IMG/VR virus record: IMGVR_UViG_3300025121_000013
From: a virus
Lineage: Duplodnaviria; Caudoviricetes
DNA length: 64,000 bases
Strand: one strand, 5' to 3'
The translations under genes were made by a program, and so were the position numbers. Positions 19,919 to 30,899 of the stretch are shown piece by piece. Position 1 is the stretch's first letter. Each line of letters opens with the position of its first letter. The notes below the pieces were generated by a model. That model worked only from the letters and a program-made list of their open reading frames with translations. It did not search any database and was not told the DNA's origin.

Positions 19919-20633
19919 AATCTACCACCACATTTAAAAGTCGATTTGTTGAAAGTTTATCTAATAATTCCCTTTTTTTAGTTTCTCCTTTTTCACCGAC
20001 ATCAGCGTCTATAGGAATTTCTCCAAAAGGAGTTCTCATATTTCCACTGTATTTTCTTCTAATATTTCCTAAAACAATCATTATATCTGCTAAAGCAAAA
20101 TCACAAAAAAACATTTGAAGATCATTTGGTATATCTCTAAAATCTTGTGGCTGTTGTCTTTCGTATTCGATGGCTAAATAAGTTTCTGAATTATTTGGAA
20201 TTGGAGAAATTCTAACTATATTTGGATGTTTAAATTCAAAGGTTCTATCAAACATAGAAAATTGCTTTATCATCATACTTGTGGCAACATCCAAAGCAAA
20301 GTTTCTTAAATCAGTCGGTTGACTTAAAGCACCCCAAATAGGGTGTCCATGAATAAAAAATTGAGAGTCAGAACCATAGATTTCTTTAACATTTAAAATT
20401 TCCAAACCATCGGGTTCGGTAATATAAAACTCATTTCCTTTTCCTGCAACCTTAGAAGAATTTAAAGTTGTATTTAAAACTGTAATTGCCTTACTTGGAA
20501 TATAATATGAAAATTCTTTCAATGAAAAATTTTTAACATCATACATAATTTCCTCATCAGTCAACTCTATTCCCACATGAGGAAACCCTAATTTTCTTTT
20601 TATAAATTGAATAACTTGATTATCATTTAGCAT
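19911..20633 (-). CDS. Neck protein, T4 gp13-like
   Basis: IKRKLGFP.V.IELTDEEI N-terminus; LGNIRRKY..M..PFG. Confidence 0.65.
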   Translation of the reverse strand: MLNDNQVIQFIKRKLGFPHVGIELTDEEIMYDVKNFSLKEFSYYIPSKAITVLNTTLNSSKVAGKGNEFYITEPDGLEILNVKEIYGSDSQFFIHGHPIWGALSQPTDLRNFALDVATSMMIKQFSMFDRTFEFKHPNIVRISPIPNNSETYLAIEYERQQPQDFRDIPNDLQMFFCDFALADIMIVLGNIRRKYSGNMRTPFGEIPIDADVGEKGETKKRELLDKLSTNRLLNVVVDFG

Positions 20634-20639
20634 TATCCT

Positions 20640-21776
20640 TTAACTCCCATAGTATAAAACATTTAAAGATTCTTCTTCAAGAATTACATGATTTTTTACG
20701 AGAGCGTTAAGAATTGAATCATATGACACAATTTCTTTAATTTTGAATGGATCTAAAAGTTTTTTCTTTTTATCAATTATTTCAGTACAATCAGGATTAT
20801 CTAATTTTCTTGATAAAAGTTCAAATGATACTAATTTCATATTTCTAGAAATCAATGAACTGTTTTTTTCAGATTCAATTATTTTATCTATATTTTTGTT
20901 CAGTTTTGTTTCCTGATACAATGAAAAAGGATTTGAACCTTCTTCAATATTTTTATATAATAAGGTCATATCTCCAATTATATTTTTTAAATCATTAAAA
21001 ATCGGAATAAATCTTCCAGCGGCAATTCCTTTTATGCCATCAATATCATCTCCAGAATCTCCAATAATACTCATCGCAAATGGAAGATATTCATCTGGAA
21101 TATCAGATTCTATTTTTAAATATTCAGATAAAACTTGTCCTTTTTTGATAATTTTTTTTGTTTTATAATGTCTGAAAAAAACAAAGGTATTTTCGTCAAC
21201 ACACTGATAAAGATCATGATCAGTCGAATAAATTAAATTGACTGTGTTTTCATCTTGTAAAATCTTTTTTCTTTTGATTAAATAATAAGGAACAAAGTCT
21301 GCTTCTAAATTTTGTAGATGAACAACAAAAACATTAGGAACTCTATTTAATGCTTTTTCTGTCATTAAGAAATTTGAATACAAGACAGATTTAAAAAGAT
21401 CTCTATCTTCTAAATCCAGTCCAAATAAATTCCCACCAACATGTCTTGATTTTTTATAATCTTTATGTAAATGAATATGATAATATGATTGACCCGTTTC
21501 AAAAAATATATAAAAATTTATATTCAACCCTCTTTTTAATGCATATAATTTATGAAATCCCAAAAAAGAAATAACTGATGAAAAAATAGATGTATCATAA
21601 TAATTTGAAGCTTTAGAATTCTCTATGATATTTTTGACAGCGAACTCTAAAAATGTTGTCTGAAGATTGTTCTTTAAATCTATAAAAATATTAATATTTT
21701 TATAATTTTTTGAACTAACGACCTCATCTAAAATATTATAAGTTGGATAATAAGGTAAAAGGGTTGTCGGATTCAT
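20640..21776 (-). CDS. 5'-3' exonuclease / RNase H (FEN family)
   Basis: LEADFV, STDHDLYQ, GDSGDDIDGIKGI. Confidence 0.8.
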   Translation of the reverse strand: MNPTTLLPYYPTYNILDEVVSSKNYKNINIFIDLKNNLQTTFLEFAVKNIIENSKASNYYDTSIFSSVISFLGFHKLYALKRGLNINFYIFFETGQSYYHIHLHKDYKKSRHVGGNLFGLDLEDRDLFKSVLYSNFLMTEKALNRVPNVFVVHLQNLEADFVPYYLIKRKKILQDENTVNLIYSTDHDLYQCVDENTFVFFRHYKTKKIIKKGQVLSEYLKIESDIPDEYLPFAMSIIGDSGDDIDGIKGIAAGRFIPIFNDLKNIIGDMTLLYKNIEEGSNPFSLYQETKLNKNIDKIIESEKNSSLISRNMKLVSFELLSRKLDNPDCTEIIDKKKKLLDPFKIKEIVSYDSILNALVKNHVILEEESLNVLYYGS

Positions 21777-22534
21777 TATTCCTCATCTTCAGAACTTATA
21801 AGAGAACCTCTTGAGTACATTACAATATCTATGGAGCCAATGAGAGTTTTAAATTTACAAAGCACTGTCTTTCTTTCATAATCCACAATATACATTTTAA
21901 ATTCAATATCACCATCATGTTCTACAATGAAAGGAATTGGAACCAAATTACAAATTGAAGACTCGATAGATTTATTCGTCGTTATATTTTGTATAAAGAC
22001 AACCGATTGATCTTTGGCTTGAGTCTTAGAAGAAATTTTCGCTTCATTATTTTCAATGGAAACTTCAAAAGATGTTGAGCTAAAATTTTGAGAGATAACC
22101 TTCATTCGATTTGAGATAGTTCTGTTAATTGTGCATTCTAAAATAAGATCTTCTTCTTGTAATGTAAACATTGCATTTAAATCATCATTGGTAATAAATT
22201 TATTATCTAAAAAATCCAAAGACGTATTCTTAATTTTTAAATTTGAAAATTGATCTGAAAAACCAAAAGATCTTTCTTCCGGTAATTCTGAAAGGGTAAC
22301 CTCTTGATTAATAAAACACTTCAAAATATCAAGCTTTTGCTTTAAATTACTTAAGGGAAAATTCAACTCAGAAATTATCTCAGATAAATTCATATCAAAA
22401 ATTACAGAAACATCATTTGTCTTTTGTCTAATTTGGCCATTTCTAATATCAACGTCCGTACATGAATCTTTTAAAATTTGTAGACACCGAATAAATTCAT
22501 CATATTGTTCTTGCTGAAGAGTCACGGTATTCAT
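21776..22534 (-). CDS. Sliding clamp (gp45/PCNA-like)
   Basis: 252-aa acidic protein between exonuclease, primase and clamp loader; assigned by size and context. Confidence 0.55.
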   Translation of the reverse strand: MNTVTLQQEQYDEFIRCLQILKDSCTDVDIRNGQIRQKTNDVSVIFDMNLSEIISELNFPLSNLKQKLDILKCFINQEVTLSELPEERSFGFSDQFSNLKIKNTSLDFLDNKFITNDDLNAMFTLQEEDLILECTINRTISNRMKVISQNFSSTSFEVSIENNEAKISSKTQAKDQSVVFIQNITTNKSIESSICNLVPIPFIVEHDGDIEFKMYIVDYERKTVLCKFKTLIGSIDIVMYSRGSLISSEDEE

Positions 22535-22539
22535 TGAGA

Positions 22540-22725
22540 TTATTTCCCTCCGAGATTTGAGATATTAACCATGCCCTTTTTATATAATTTTTTAGCCACT
22601 TTACCAATACACTTTTTATCCATAGTTCTTGTTTTTTCCCCATACATAGTTCTAATAGTTCCTAAAAGTTCTGGATCAAAAGCGTTTACCATTTTTCGAA
22701 TCTTTTTAGCGACAGTTCCTCTCAT
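22540..22725 (-). CDS. Small basic hypothetical protein
   Basis: 61 aa, Lys/Arg-rich, in the operon. Confidence 0.5.
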   Translation of the reverse strand: MRGTVAKKIRKMVNAFDPELLGTIRTMYGEKTRTMDKKCIGKVAKKLYKKGMVNISNLGGK

Positions 22726-22726
22726 C

Positions 22727-23164
22727 TTAATCCCTCTCTATTTCTTTAATCACTGAAATGTAAACCCCTGTTTCCATTTGGAGAATAAAAACCTTTTCAT
22801 AAAAAGTAAAACCACTTTCAAGCCACTTGATAATATTCATAACCTTTTCTGCAGAATATTTCACAGTTGATTCTTCTTTATTTTTTTGTTGAATATTGAA
22901 TATCATAATTATTGCGTCATTTCCATCATGTTTACAATTAAACATACATGTACTATTTCCATCAATATGAAAAATTTTATTTCTTTCCGCAGCTTTTCCA
23001 AATAATTTTATATAATCTAAAAGTCCTAAATTATAAATGTTTCCATCAATTTTCATATCTGAATCTATTGTTGAGTCGAAATGATCTTTAATTCTTTGAA
23101 TAATGATTTCATTTTTATCTAATGTTTCTTCTTTTCCTTGAATTAGATTTTCATTCTCATCCAT
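22727..23164 (-). CDS. Hypothetical protein
   Basis: 145-aa ORF with SD. Confidence 0.55.
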   Translation of the reverse strand: MDENENLIQGKEETLDKNEIIIQRIKDHFDSTIDSDMKIDGNIYNLGLLDYIKLFGKAAERNKIFHIDGNSTCMFNCKHDGNDAIIMIFNIQQKNKEESTVKYSAEKVMNIIKWLESGFTFYEKVFILQMETGVYISVIKEIERD

Positions 23165-23185
23165 ACCATTTCTCCTATTTAAAAA

Positions 23186-24163
23186 TCATAAAACATATTT
23201 TATTGGAATAGCTGGTGTGACATTAAAATCTTTTCCTTTCTTATTATAAAAGACAGATAATTTATCTATTAGATGTCTATAATCTTTTTTCATTTTCTTA
23301 TAATAATTCAATTGGACATCTGAATCGGAAAGGATATTTATATTTAATCTATATATTTGTTCATTAAAAGCAATACTTCTTGCTAATTCTCCAAATGAGC
23401 TAGATAAAGAACATGCATACAAATTTGCTTCATCTTGGACTTTGATACTATCAAAAATCATTTCACTATAAATATCAAAAATTCCTTCTCCTAATATAAC
23501 AAGATTAGAATCTTTTTTGGGTCCTTTTATTTTATAATAATCCAAAAATGTCGATTCTGATAACTTAAATTTGAAATGTCTAAAATTGCTAGATGCATCA
23601 ATATTTCTAAAAAATATACAAGTTTTATTTTCCGTTAAAAAACCAATAAATTTTTCTTCAATATAATCCTCTATCCTTTTAAAATCAGGATGAGGTTCTA
23701 TAAAATTTAAAGATAAAAAATCCTTTATGCTAAAAATTAAACCTTTTATTTTAAGAATATTCAGATCTGAAAAATCAATTCTTTTTCTTAAATAAAATTC
23801 TTTATCAGGAAATCGACCCATTCTGATTTCTGGGATATTATATTCCTTTGGTTTAAAAGCCTTTCCAGATTTAGAAAAATCTAATTGATTCTTTTTTATT
23901 TTTGTATAATCAATTAACTTATTTGAATTATCATTTCCTGAAACTTTTTGAACTAACTTTTTTATTGATCCAGATTGTCTACAATTTGCATAGAAACAAT
24001 TGAAGATTGGTAAGTCTAAAGATATATAACAATGATAATGTTTCTTTTCTTCAAAATATTCACACCACGGACAAGGAATAATTATATTTTTTGCTTTATA
24101 AACAATTTTCTTTGGCCCAAAATAATTTTCTAGAAACTTTTTAAATTCTTCAGTGTAAATCAT
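23186..24163 (-). CDS. DnaG-like primase (zinc ribbon plus TOPRIM)
   Basis: CPWC...H.Y...FNCF..NC; LGEGIFD; SDSD. Confidence 0.75.
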   Translation of the reverse strand: MIYTEEFKKFLENYFGPKKIVYKAKNIIIPCPWCEYFEEKKHYHCYISLDLPIFNCFYANCRQSGSIKKLVQKVSGNDNSNKLIDYTKIKKNQLDFSKSGKAFKPKEYNIPEIRMGRFPDKEFYLRKRIDFSDLNILKIKGLIFSIKDFLSLNFIEPHPDFKRIEDYIEEKFIGFLTENKTCIFFRNIDASSNFRHFKFKLSESTFLDYYKIKGPKKDSNLVILGEGIFDIYSEMIFDSIKVQDEANLYACSLSSSFGELARSIAFNEQIYRLNINILSDSDVQLNYYKKMKKDYRHLIDKLSVFYNKKGKDFNVTPAIPIKYVL

Positions 24164-25134
24164 TTAGATCTCAAAGTTTCATATTCTCTTAAAGATTTTA
24201 AAGATTCAAAAACCATTCCCATAAAATTCATTGAGGGAACCAAACAATCTTTATGTTCATTACTATATTTATTAACTAATATTTTTACAATTGGAGAGAC
24301 TCGTTCCATTTGAAAAATTGTTGTGTATAAATTTCTATAATCCAAACTTTCATTCAATGAATTCACTATTGTCCCTAACATTCGATTTAATTCATTCTTA
24401 TCATTTAAAGATTCACAAGCTTTTATAAAACTTGAGACAATAAGTTTTTCAGAGGTTATAATACCATTTTTATCAAAACGAAGTTTTCCTGTGTTTGAAT
24501 TTCTTTGAAGAGTGTTAACTATTTTTCTGATATCCGGAAATAATTGTTCTATTAAATATTTTACATCTTCTTCTTGAAAAGATATATTTTCATTGTTAAG
24601 AATATCTGTGCAGTATTTTAAAATAAAATTAGTTGGGATTTTCTCAAATTCATAGGATTGAAATCTAGATTGAATTGCTGGGGGAATTTTCGAAATATAA
24701 TTACATGTAAAAATAAATCTTCCATAAGAAACTTGATATTTTTCAATGATGTGTCTTAAAGAACTAAAGCTATTATCTGTTAAATAATCTGCTTCATCGA
24801 TAAAAACAATTTTATATTTATCTGTTCCAGATGGGGGAACCTTTAAAAAAGGTTCTATGGTTGTATCAACAAAATCGATACCTCTTGTTGATTTTGAAGA
24901 ACCATTGACAATTAATAGATTATCAACCTTTCTATGTAAAACTCCATTCTCCGAACAAATGATTTTTCCTAAAGTAGTCTTTCCACTTCCCTGACATCCA
25001 TAAAATAATAAATTAGGGATTTCTCCTTTTTTAAAATAGCTTGTAAAATCTTCTATATAATCATTAGGAATTACAAGATCTTTAATTTCCTTCGGACGAT
25101 ATTTCTCTACCCATAAACTTTCAAGGATTTTCAT
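24160..25134 (-). CDS. Clamp loader ATPase subunit (RFC/gp44-like)
   Basis: LWVEKYRP, GxxGSGKTT, DEAD.L, FIFTCNY, IQSRF, PD.RK..N.LQ. Confidence 0.92.
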   Translation of the reverse strand: MKILESLWVEKYRPKEIKDLVIPNDYIEDFTSYFKKGEIPNLLFYGCQGSGKTTLGKIICSENGVLHRKVDNLLIVNGSSKSTRGIDFVDTTIEPFLKVPPSGTDKYKIVFIDEADYLTDNSFSSLRHIIEKYQVSYGRFIFTCNYISKIPPAIQSRFQSYEFEKIPTNFILKYCTDILNNENISFQEEDVKYLIEQLFPDIRKIVNTLQRNSNTGKLRFDKNGIITSEKLIVSSFIKACESLNDKNELNRMLGTIVNSLNESLDYRNLYTTIFQMERVSPIVKILVNKYSNEHKDCLVPSMNFMGMVFESLKSLREYETLRSK

Positions 25135-25185
25135 TTTTCACCTTTCTCTTTTAAATATTTGTTATGAAAAATAATTTAACATTCT

Positions 25186-25584
25186 TTAGCAATGAAATCC
25201 ATCAGAGGAAATCAAAACAGATTTCATTTCAAATTCTTGCTCAAACTTAGCTCTAAATACTTTTTCTAAAAAATTAACATATTCCATTTTCGCTTCATTC
25301 CCAAATAAAAACCAACGTTGATCAGTTCCATAAAAAGGTTCCATTGCTACAATTTTATTCTGTGGAATAAAAGTCGTTAAATCCAATAAAAAATTAGTAA
25401 CTTTTTTGTAATCACTTGAGATATGAAAAGATAACATTAAATAATCTGTAATCGTTTCTATTAGAATATAAATATTTGAACTCATTAATAATATACTTTT
25501 TGTATCTTTTACCTCAGAAACATTTACCTTATCATAATATTTTTCCATCAAAGATTTTATTTTATCAAGATTCTTTTTAACCAT
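25186..25584 (-). CDS. Hypothetical protein
   Basis: 132-aa ORF in the operon. Confidence 0.55.
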   Translation of the reverse strand: MVKKNLDKIKSLMEKYYDKVNVSEVKDTKSILLMSSNIYILIETITDYLMLSFHISSDYKKVTNFLLDLTTFIPQNKIVAMEPFYGTDQRWFLFGNEAKMEYVNFLEKVFRAKFEQEFEMKSVLISSDGFHC

Positions 25585-25869
25585 TTATTCATCCTTATAG
25601 TTTTCGGAAAATGTTGTCAAATGAATTATCAAATCTTTCAAGAATTTATCAGAATCTTTTATATTTTTCTTCTCAAAGTTGAATTTAATTATTGTCTTGA
25701 TTGATGATAAAATATGATTTAACTTTTCATTTGATATTCCTTCAATTGGCTTCAAAGGGCAATCTCCATTTTTCACAGGAGGATGCATAAGTCCACAAAC
25801 AGAACAATGAATAGTACCCGTAAATTCATATGATGGATTTGGATTTCGTTCCATTTTTCTTCCTTTCAA
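25585..25869 (-). CDS. Small zinc-binding hypothetical protein
   Basis: CSVCGLMHPP...CP. Confidence 0.55.
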   Translation of the reverse strand: MKGRKMERNPNPSYEFTGTIHCSVCGLMHPPVKNGDCPLKPIEGISNEKLNHILSSIKTIIKFNFEKKNIKDSDKFLKDLIIHLTTFSENYKDE

Positions 25870-26027
25870 GTAAAAGTTTTTAAATTTGTTCTTTTCTCTA
25901 GAAACTAATTCTTTAAGAACATTTTTTATTTTTATATAACAAATTAATATAAAATTTTTTCTAACTTAAAGTAAAATGTTTTTAATTTACACGGCACATT
26001 AAACCACAAAAATGAAAGGCTTAAAAA

Positions 26028-26957
26028 ATGAAACTAGCGTCTGAACGTGGAATGAACAGATACATTCTTTCAAATCCCCAACGAAGGGGAAAAAATGTAA
26101 AACTTCCTCATGTATTAAAAATTATAAATCCAATTGATAAAGAAACAAATTTTGACCTTGAATTATCAAATTATTGGAACTGTGATTCATATATGATGAT
26201 GGATATTATAGGAACTATTTTTCTAACAAAACTATATAAAGATATTCCTAGAAATCCCTTAGATCCTTATATAATTAAAAATCAAGCAACATTTAAAAAT
26301 GAAAAAGATTTTAATAATCTTAATAATAATGGAAATCCATATCTCCAATTATGTATTGATGATTATACGCTTTTTAAAGATTTTCCTATTTTTAAAAAAT
26401 ATTCTTCTGGATATGTATATAATATTTTAAAAAATATATCAGAATGTAAAATAAGTTCAGAATATGTTTTTAGAGCTTTCAATAAAGAAGAGAAAGTGAC
26501 ATTTGAAGATATCAAAATTAATACTATAAAAGAACAATCATTTTTTGATCTTGATGTTAAAAATATTGAAGTCGGAAAAAATGGTAATGTTTATACTAGA
26601 AAATATCGATTAAATTTTAATGATCAAATAGGTTTTTGTTTTTTGAACAATTTATCAGTAATTAATATAGATTGGTTTCCTTTAGAATTTTATAGTTTAC
26701 CAGAAAGTACACAGTTTTTAGGAAGATTAATTTACGGATCTAAAAAGAGAATAAATACATACTTATTAAAAGAACTTAAAATATTATTATCTTTAGGTTC
26801 TTATTTAATAACAGCCGAATTAAAAGAGAGTTTGAAAAATAGTTTATTAGAATTAAAAGAATTGAATATGATCTCAGGATTTGAATTTTCGAGAAGAAGA
26901 TTTGAATATGTGGCTATAGAAAAAAGATTCTACCCAAATAAAAATAAAGAAAATTAA
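26028..26957 (+). CDS. Hypothetical protein; possible replication-initiator-like DNA-binding protein
   Basis: 309-aa ORF at the strand switch, next to an AT-rich non-coding region; function inferred from position only. Confidence 0.4.
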   Translation: MKLASERGMNRYILSNPQRRGKNVKLPHVLKIINPIDKETNFDLELSNYWNCDSYMMMDIIGTIFLTKLYKDIPRNPLDPYIIKNQATFKNEKDFNNLNNNGNPYLQLCIDDYTLFKDFPIFKKYSSGYVYNILKNISECKISSEYVFRAFNKEEKVTFEDIKINTIKEQSFFDLDVKNIEVGKNGNVYTRKYRLNFNDQIGFCFLNNLSVINIDWFPLEFYSLPESTQFLGRLIYGSKKRINTYLLKELKILLSLGSYLITAELKESLKNSLLELKELNMISGFEFSRRRFEYVAIEKRFYPNKNKEN

Positions 26958-26959
26958 GT

Positions 26960-27636
26960 TTAGATTTAAAATTTTATATTCCCTTATCAATAACGATTGT
27001 TATTAAAAAAATAATAAGTATTTTACAATGGTATTTAAGTTTGATGCTGTAGTTCTTTATTCAAGAACAGTTATATCTTAAGACATAACAGTAGTATTAT
27101 CTATGAAAAATATACCATATAAAATATTGAATATGTTATTATTTTTTCTATAGATCTTAGATCTATGATCTAAGATTAATATAAGGAATTTTAAAAAATT
27201 CCTAAAATTAAAAACAAAATACAAAAAAGTTTCCGTAATATGTTTCGGGAAATTACTGGAGAAAAATAACAAAATATCATTTTGTACTCCTTGAGTAAAA
27301 AGCATTTTCGATATTCTTTTTCATAAATATTTTTCATAAAACAAAATTCTTCTATTAGCTTTTAATATCAGTTGAAGTTTTGAGCTCCGTTCCGCTGGGC
27401 TCCACTTTGCTCAACCTTCAACTCTTAAACCTCTTTTTAACTTAAATCCATCTATTTATAAAAATTTAAAATTCAAGGGAAAAGTTCTAAAACTTACAGA
27501 ACTAAATAACTAGGAAAAATATTTTTCAATCTATAATTTCAGGTTTCCTACAGATTATATTCCCTTTTAAACCATTATTTTTTCCGGAATACTAAGGTAT
27601 TAGAAAATAATATTTCAAAGATAATGATTCCCACAT
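26960..27636. other. Candidate replication origin
   Basis: About 680 nt very AT-rich gap close to the minus-to-plus coding switch; inverted repeat ATCTTAGATC-TAT-GATCTAAGAT (27154-27176); GC-rich hairpin 27371-27422. Confidence 0.4.
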
Positions 27637-29670
27637 TTGTCCTCCTTTAATCCTTTTAGAAAGGTTTTAAATATGTCCAACCAAGAGTCAGAATTTTTCA
27701 ATCAGAATATCCTTTCTTTTAAAGATTTGAAATACAGTACAAATGGATATATTAAATGTTCTCTTTTTACGAGTACGATAGATTATAAAAATTTCAACCA
27801 ATTATTCTTTTCGATTTCAATTTCGAATGATAATTTTTCAAATAATTGTAGTTTAAATGTTTTTGAAGCTACTAATCTTTTATCATCACTTCAAAATGTA
27901 TTTGAGAATTCAAACAAGATCGGAAAAGAAAAGTTTCAAGTAATAAGAAAAATAAAGGATAAAATTCTAAATTTTACTTTTCTAGAAGACGAGAATAATC
28001 CCGAGTATATAACTCACATTTCAATTTTCCTTTCCGAGACCTCTTCAAATAGCATAATAGTACCGATTACATTTGTTAAAATATTGGCCATGAGATTAAA
28101 AAGTTTTATACAAAATTATGAGCAAAGTTTTCTGTCGATGATTCAAAGTCAGCTTCTTTCAAAGCTTTTAGATGTTAATAATAGGATTTCTAGAAATATA
28201 GAAATTTTGCCTTCTCAAGTCTCAATTACTAGGGAAAATAATTTCCAAAAAGAGGCTCAGAATGTTTTACGTATAGAGCGCGAGAATAATCCCAAGAACA
28301 ATTTCCAAAAAGAGGCTCAGAATGTTTTACGTATAGAGCGCGAGAATAATCCTGAGGATAATAAAGAAAATATTCTGGATAATTTTAATAGTTTTATCGA
28401 GAAAAATTTGGATTCTATCGAGATAGAAGAAATCAGTAAATTGAACGTTAAGAGCGCGCAGCCCACTTTTTCTCAAAAAGTTAAAAGTATTTTGATTGAT
28501 AATATTTTATCTAATGATATTTCCAATTTAATTCAATTAACAAAAAGTTGTTTGTCAACGAATAATCCAATATATAGTTTTATGAATACATGCTTAAAAA
28601 TGTCTCCTGGAAACAATACAGAAGATTTTTTCCGAGGTGCGTCTGAAGAAGAAAGAAAATCCATTTTTTACCTTTCAAAATTGTTGTATTCTATTATTTT
28701 AAATTCTTATCTTTCTTGTAATAATCCAATCCCAAATACAATTCCTTTATTACGGTATCGTTTGAAAAATAATGAACTTACTGATTTTAATAAAAATTTA
28801 TCTATGGATCTTTTAATCTCATCAATTTATATAAGAATAGCAAAAGAAAAATTGGAACAAAAGATAACAGATGAAAATGAAAATTTTTCCTTAGATTTAT
28901 TAGGGGTGCGAACGGTCACAGATTCTTTGATTTACAGTATTATAAAATTTTTCAATAAAGATCAAGGTGTTAATATTCTTCTTAATAAGTTTAGATCATA
29001 TAAGGAACTTGGGTTTTTTAAATCTATCGAAGAAAAATTAGAAATGTATAATAAAAATATTTCAGAAAATGAAATGAGACAATTTTTTGAAAGAGTTTTT
29101 GATCATTTAGAAACTAATAATGATTATATAAAAGATATACATGATGAGTATTTTAAAAACAAAACTGCACATATTTCTTTTGAGAACGCATTTTCTTTAG
29201 AACAAATTTTAAACGATATCGTTCCTTCTGAAACAAATTTTATTGTTCATGGAAAAATTCCCTTGGAAATATCTGAAGAAATTAAATCGTTATTGATCGA
29301 GCCAGAAAAAGAAAAGAAAGAAGATCAAAATGAATCTATGCTCGAAAGGTATATAAGGTTAAACAATGAAAGTCAAGAGAATTCTGAGAATGTTGATCGC
29401 CTATTATTGGTTATTAAGAAACAATTCCAAAATAAAAAAGTAGATATAAAAGATGAGATAGATTTAACATTATTACCAGAGAATATTTTAAAATCTTTGA
29501 TTATTTGGGATCCTGAAAATGATCAAAAGCAAAAAACTAATTATAAATATCTTTTAGATAAAATTGAAAATTCAAGTTTAAAAAGAGATAACGTTTTAAC
29601 GCTTTTAAAAGCAAAAGATCGGATTAATAATATTCCAAGTGAAAACTGGGCTGATAGTATTTCACTTTAG
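27637..29670 (+). CDS. Large hypothetical protein with an internal 20-aa duplication
   Basis: 677-aa ORF; NFQKEAQNVLRIERENNP occurs twice. Confidence 0.65.
   Translation: MSSFNPFRKVLNMSNQESEFFNQNILSFKDLKYSTNGYIKCSLFTSTIDYKNFNQLFFSISISNDNFSNNCSLNVFEATNLLSSLQNVFENSNKIGKEKFQVIRKIKDKILNFTFLEDENNPEYITHISIFLSETSSNSIIVPITFVKILAMRLKSFIQNYEQSFLSMIQSQLLSKLLDVNNRISRNIEILPSQVSITRENNFQKEAQNVLRIERENNPKNNFQKEAQNVLRIERENNPEDNKENILDNFNSFIEKNLDSIEIEEISKLNVKSAQPTFSQKVKSILIDNILSNDISNLIQLTKSCLSTNNPIYSFMNTCLKMSPGNNTEDFFRGASEEERKSIFYLSKLLYSIILNSYLSCNNPIPNTIPLLRYRLKNNELTDFNKNLSMDLLISSIYIRIAKEKLEQKITDENENFSLDLLGVRTVTDSLIYSIIKFFNKDQGVNILLNKFRSYKELGFFKSIEEKLEMYNKNISENEMRQFFERVFDHLETNNDYIKDIHDEYFKNKTAHISFENAFSLEQILNDIVPSETNFIVHGKIPLEISEEIKSLLIEPEKEKKEDQNESMLERYIRLNNESQENSENVDRLLLVIKKQFQNKKVDIKDEIDLTLLPENILKSLIIWDPENDQKQKTNYKYLLDKIENSSLKRDNVLTLLKAKDRINNIPSENWADSISL
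28240..28352 (+). repeat. In-frame tandem duplication, 60-nt period
   Basis: 28240-28292 is identical to 28300-28352 (53 nt). Confidence 0.95.
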
Positions 29671-29678
29671 GAGAATGG

Positions 29679-30899
29679 ATGCTAGAAGATAGTCAAAATA
29701 GATTTAATTATTTTTATATTCATAATACGTTAGGTCATTTTTATAAAGATATGTTAGATTATTTTTCAGATTATTTATATCCACGTTTTTCTTATAAAGT
29801 TATTGGAACTTATCATAAAGCCGTTGAATATATTTCTAAAACTGAACAATATGGAAGAGAGACAGATCAACCAAATCTTCCGGCTATAGCTTTAAATCCA
29901 ACTGGAGAATTTTTACCTTCAGACTCAAATACAACAGGAAAACAATTATGGAGATTTCCTAATTTAAATCCTGGAATGGCAGCTGGTTTATTTGATCCAA
30001 TTTATCAAGATAGAAATATAAAAATTACCCCAGGATTTATGAGATTAACTGGAGATGTAGAATTTATTATGTGGGTTGAAAACGTTTATGAATATTTAGA
30101 TCTTAGATTATTTTTAATATCAATTTTTGGTGGAATTGATAGGGTCATCCAACCTCAATATTTTAATTCCTTTATAATCTTGCCTCCAGAATTAGTAAAT
30201 TATAGATATACAAATGATGTCACAGGAAAATCTTATGTTATAGATTGGGAAAGTGCGTCGGCATATTCTTCTTTAATTAAATCAACAAACCTTAATGAAC
30301 TTGTTGTTCCGGTGAAAATAAGACCCCAGTTAAAATTATCATCAATTACAGATGGAAGCACAAAATATGGAGGAACAGATAAATTATCAGATTGGAGATT
30401 ATTATGTAATGTAAATTATGAAATATCGATTCCTTCATTCTTAGTTATAGAGACAGATTATCTTGTTGAGAAAATTGATTTTGAATTAAGATATGGCTCG
30501 GCATATTCCAGATATAGTTCTTTTCAACCTCCTTTGGAAAGAGAACTTTTAAGTTCACATTGGAACTCTGGAATAAATGATGAAGAACATACGCCAGACG
30601 CTTGGAGTTTACTTGAGGATGCAACCTCTTCATTTGAATATACATATGTCGCAGATTTTAATCATAGATATTATTATGAGGTAACCCAGACCGATATCGA
30701 TTCAACCGCAAATTTACAAATTACAATTCCTGAAGAAATTACAGATCATCGTCTTTTATATATCAATTCAAAGTTTGGGGAATTATCTTATGGAGATCAT
30801 TATAATTTAATTAGCACAACTTTGATCGAATTGACAGATTATGTGGAATTAGAAAAAGGGATGATCATAGAATTGTATGTATATAAAATTAGGAGTTGA
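29679..30899 (+). CDS. Hypothetical virion protein (tail completion/terminator-like)
   Basis: 406-aa ORF, aromatic/acidic composition; weak resemblance only. Confidence 0.4.
   Translation: MLEDSQNRFNYFYIHNTLGHFYKDMLDYFSDYLYPRFSYKVIGTYHKAVEYISKTEQYGRETDQPNLPAIALNPTGEFLPSDSNTTGKQLWRFPNLNPGMAAGLFDPIYQDRNIKITPGFMRLTGDVEFIMWVENVYEYLDLRLFLISIFGGIDRVIQPQYFNSFIILPPELVNYRYTNDVTGKSYVIDWESASAYSSLIKSTNLNELVVPVKIRPQLKLSSITDGSTKYGGTDKLSDWRLLCNVNYEISIPSFLVIETDYLVEKIDFELRYGSAYSRYSSFQPPLERELLSSHWNSGINDEEHTPDAWSLLEDATSSFEYTYVADFNHRYYYEVTQTDIDSTANLQITIPEEITDHRLLYINSKFGELSYGDHYNLISTTLIELTDYVELEKGMIIELYVYKIRS

Noticed and set aside
27078-27305. 75-aa minus-strand ORF in the candidate origin
   Set aside because: Low-complexity AT-rich translation with no SD or motifs; probably non-coding.
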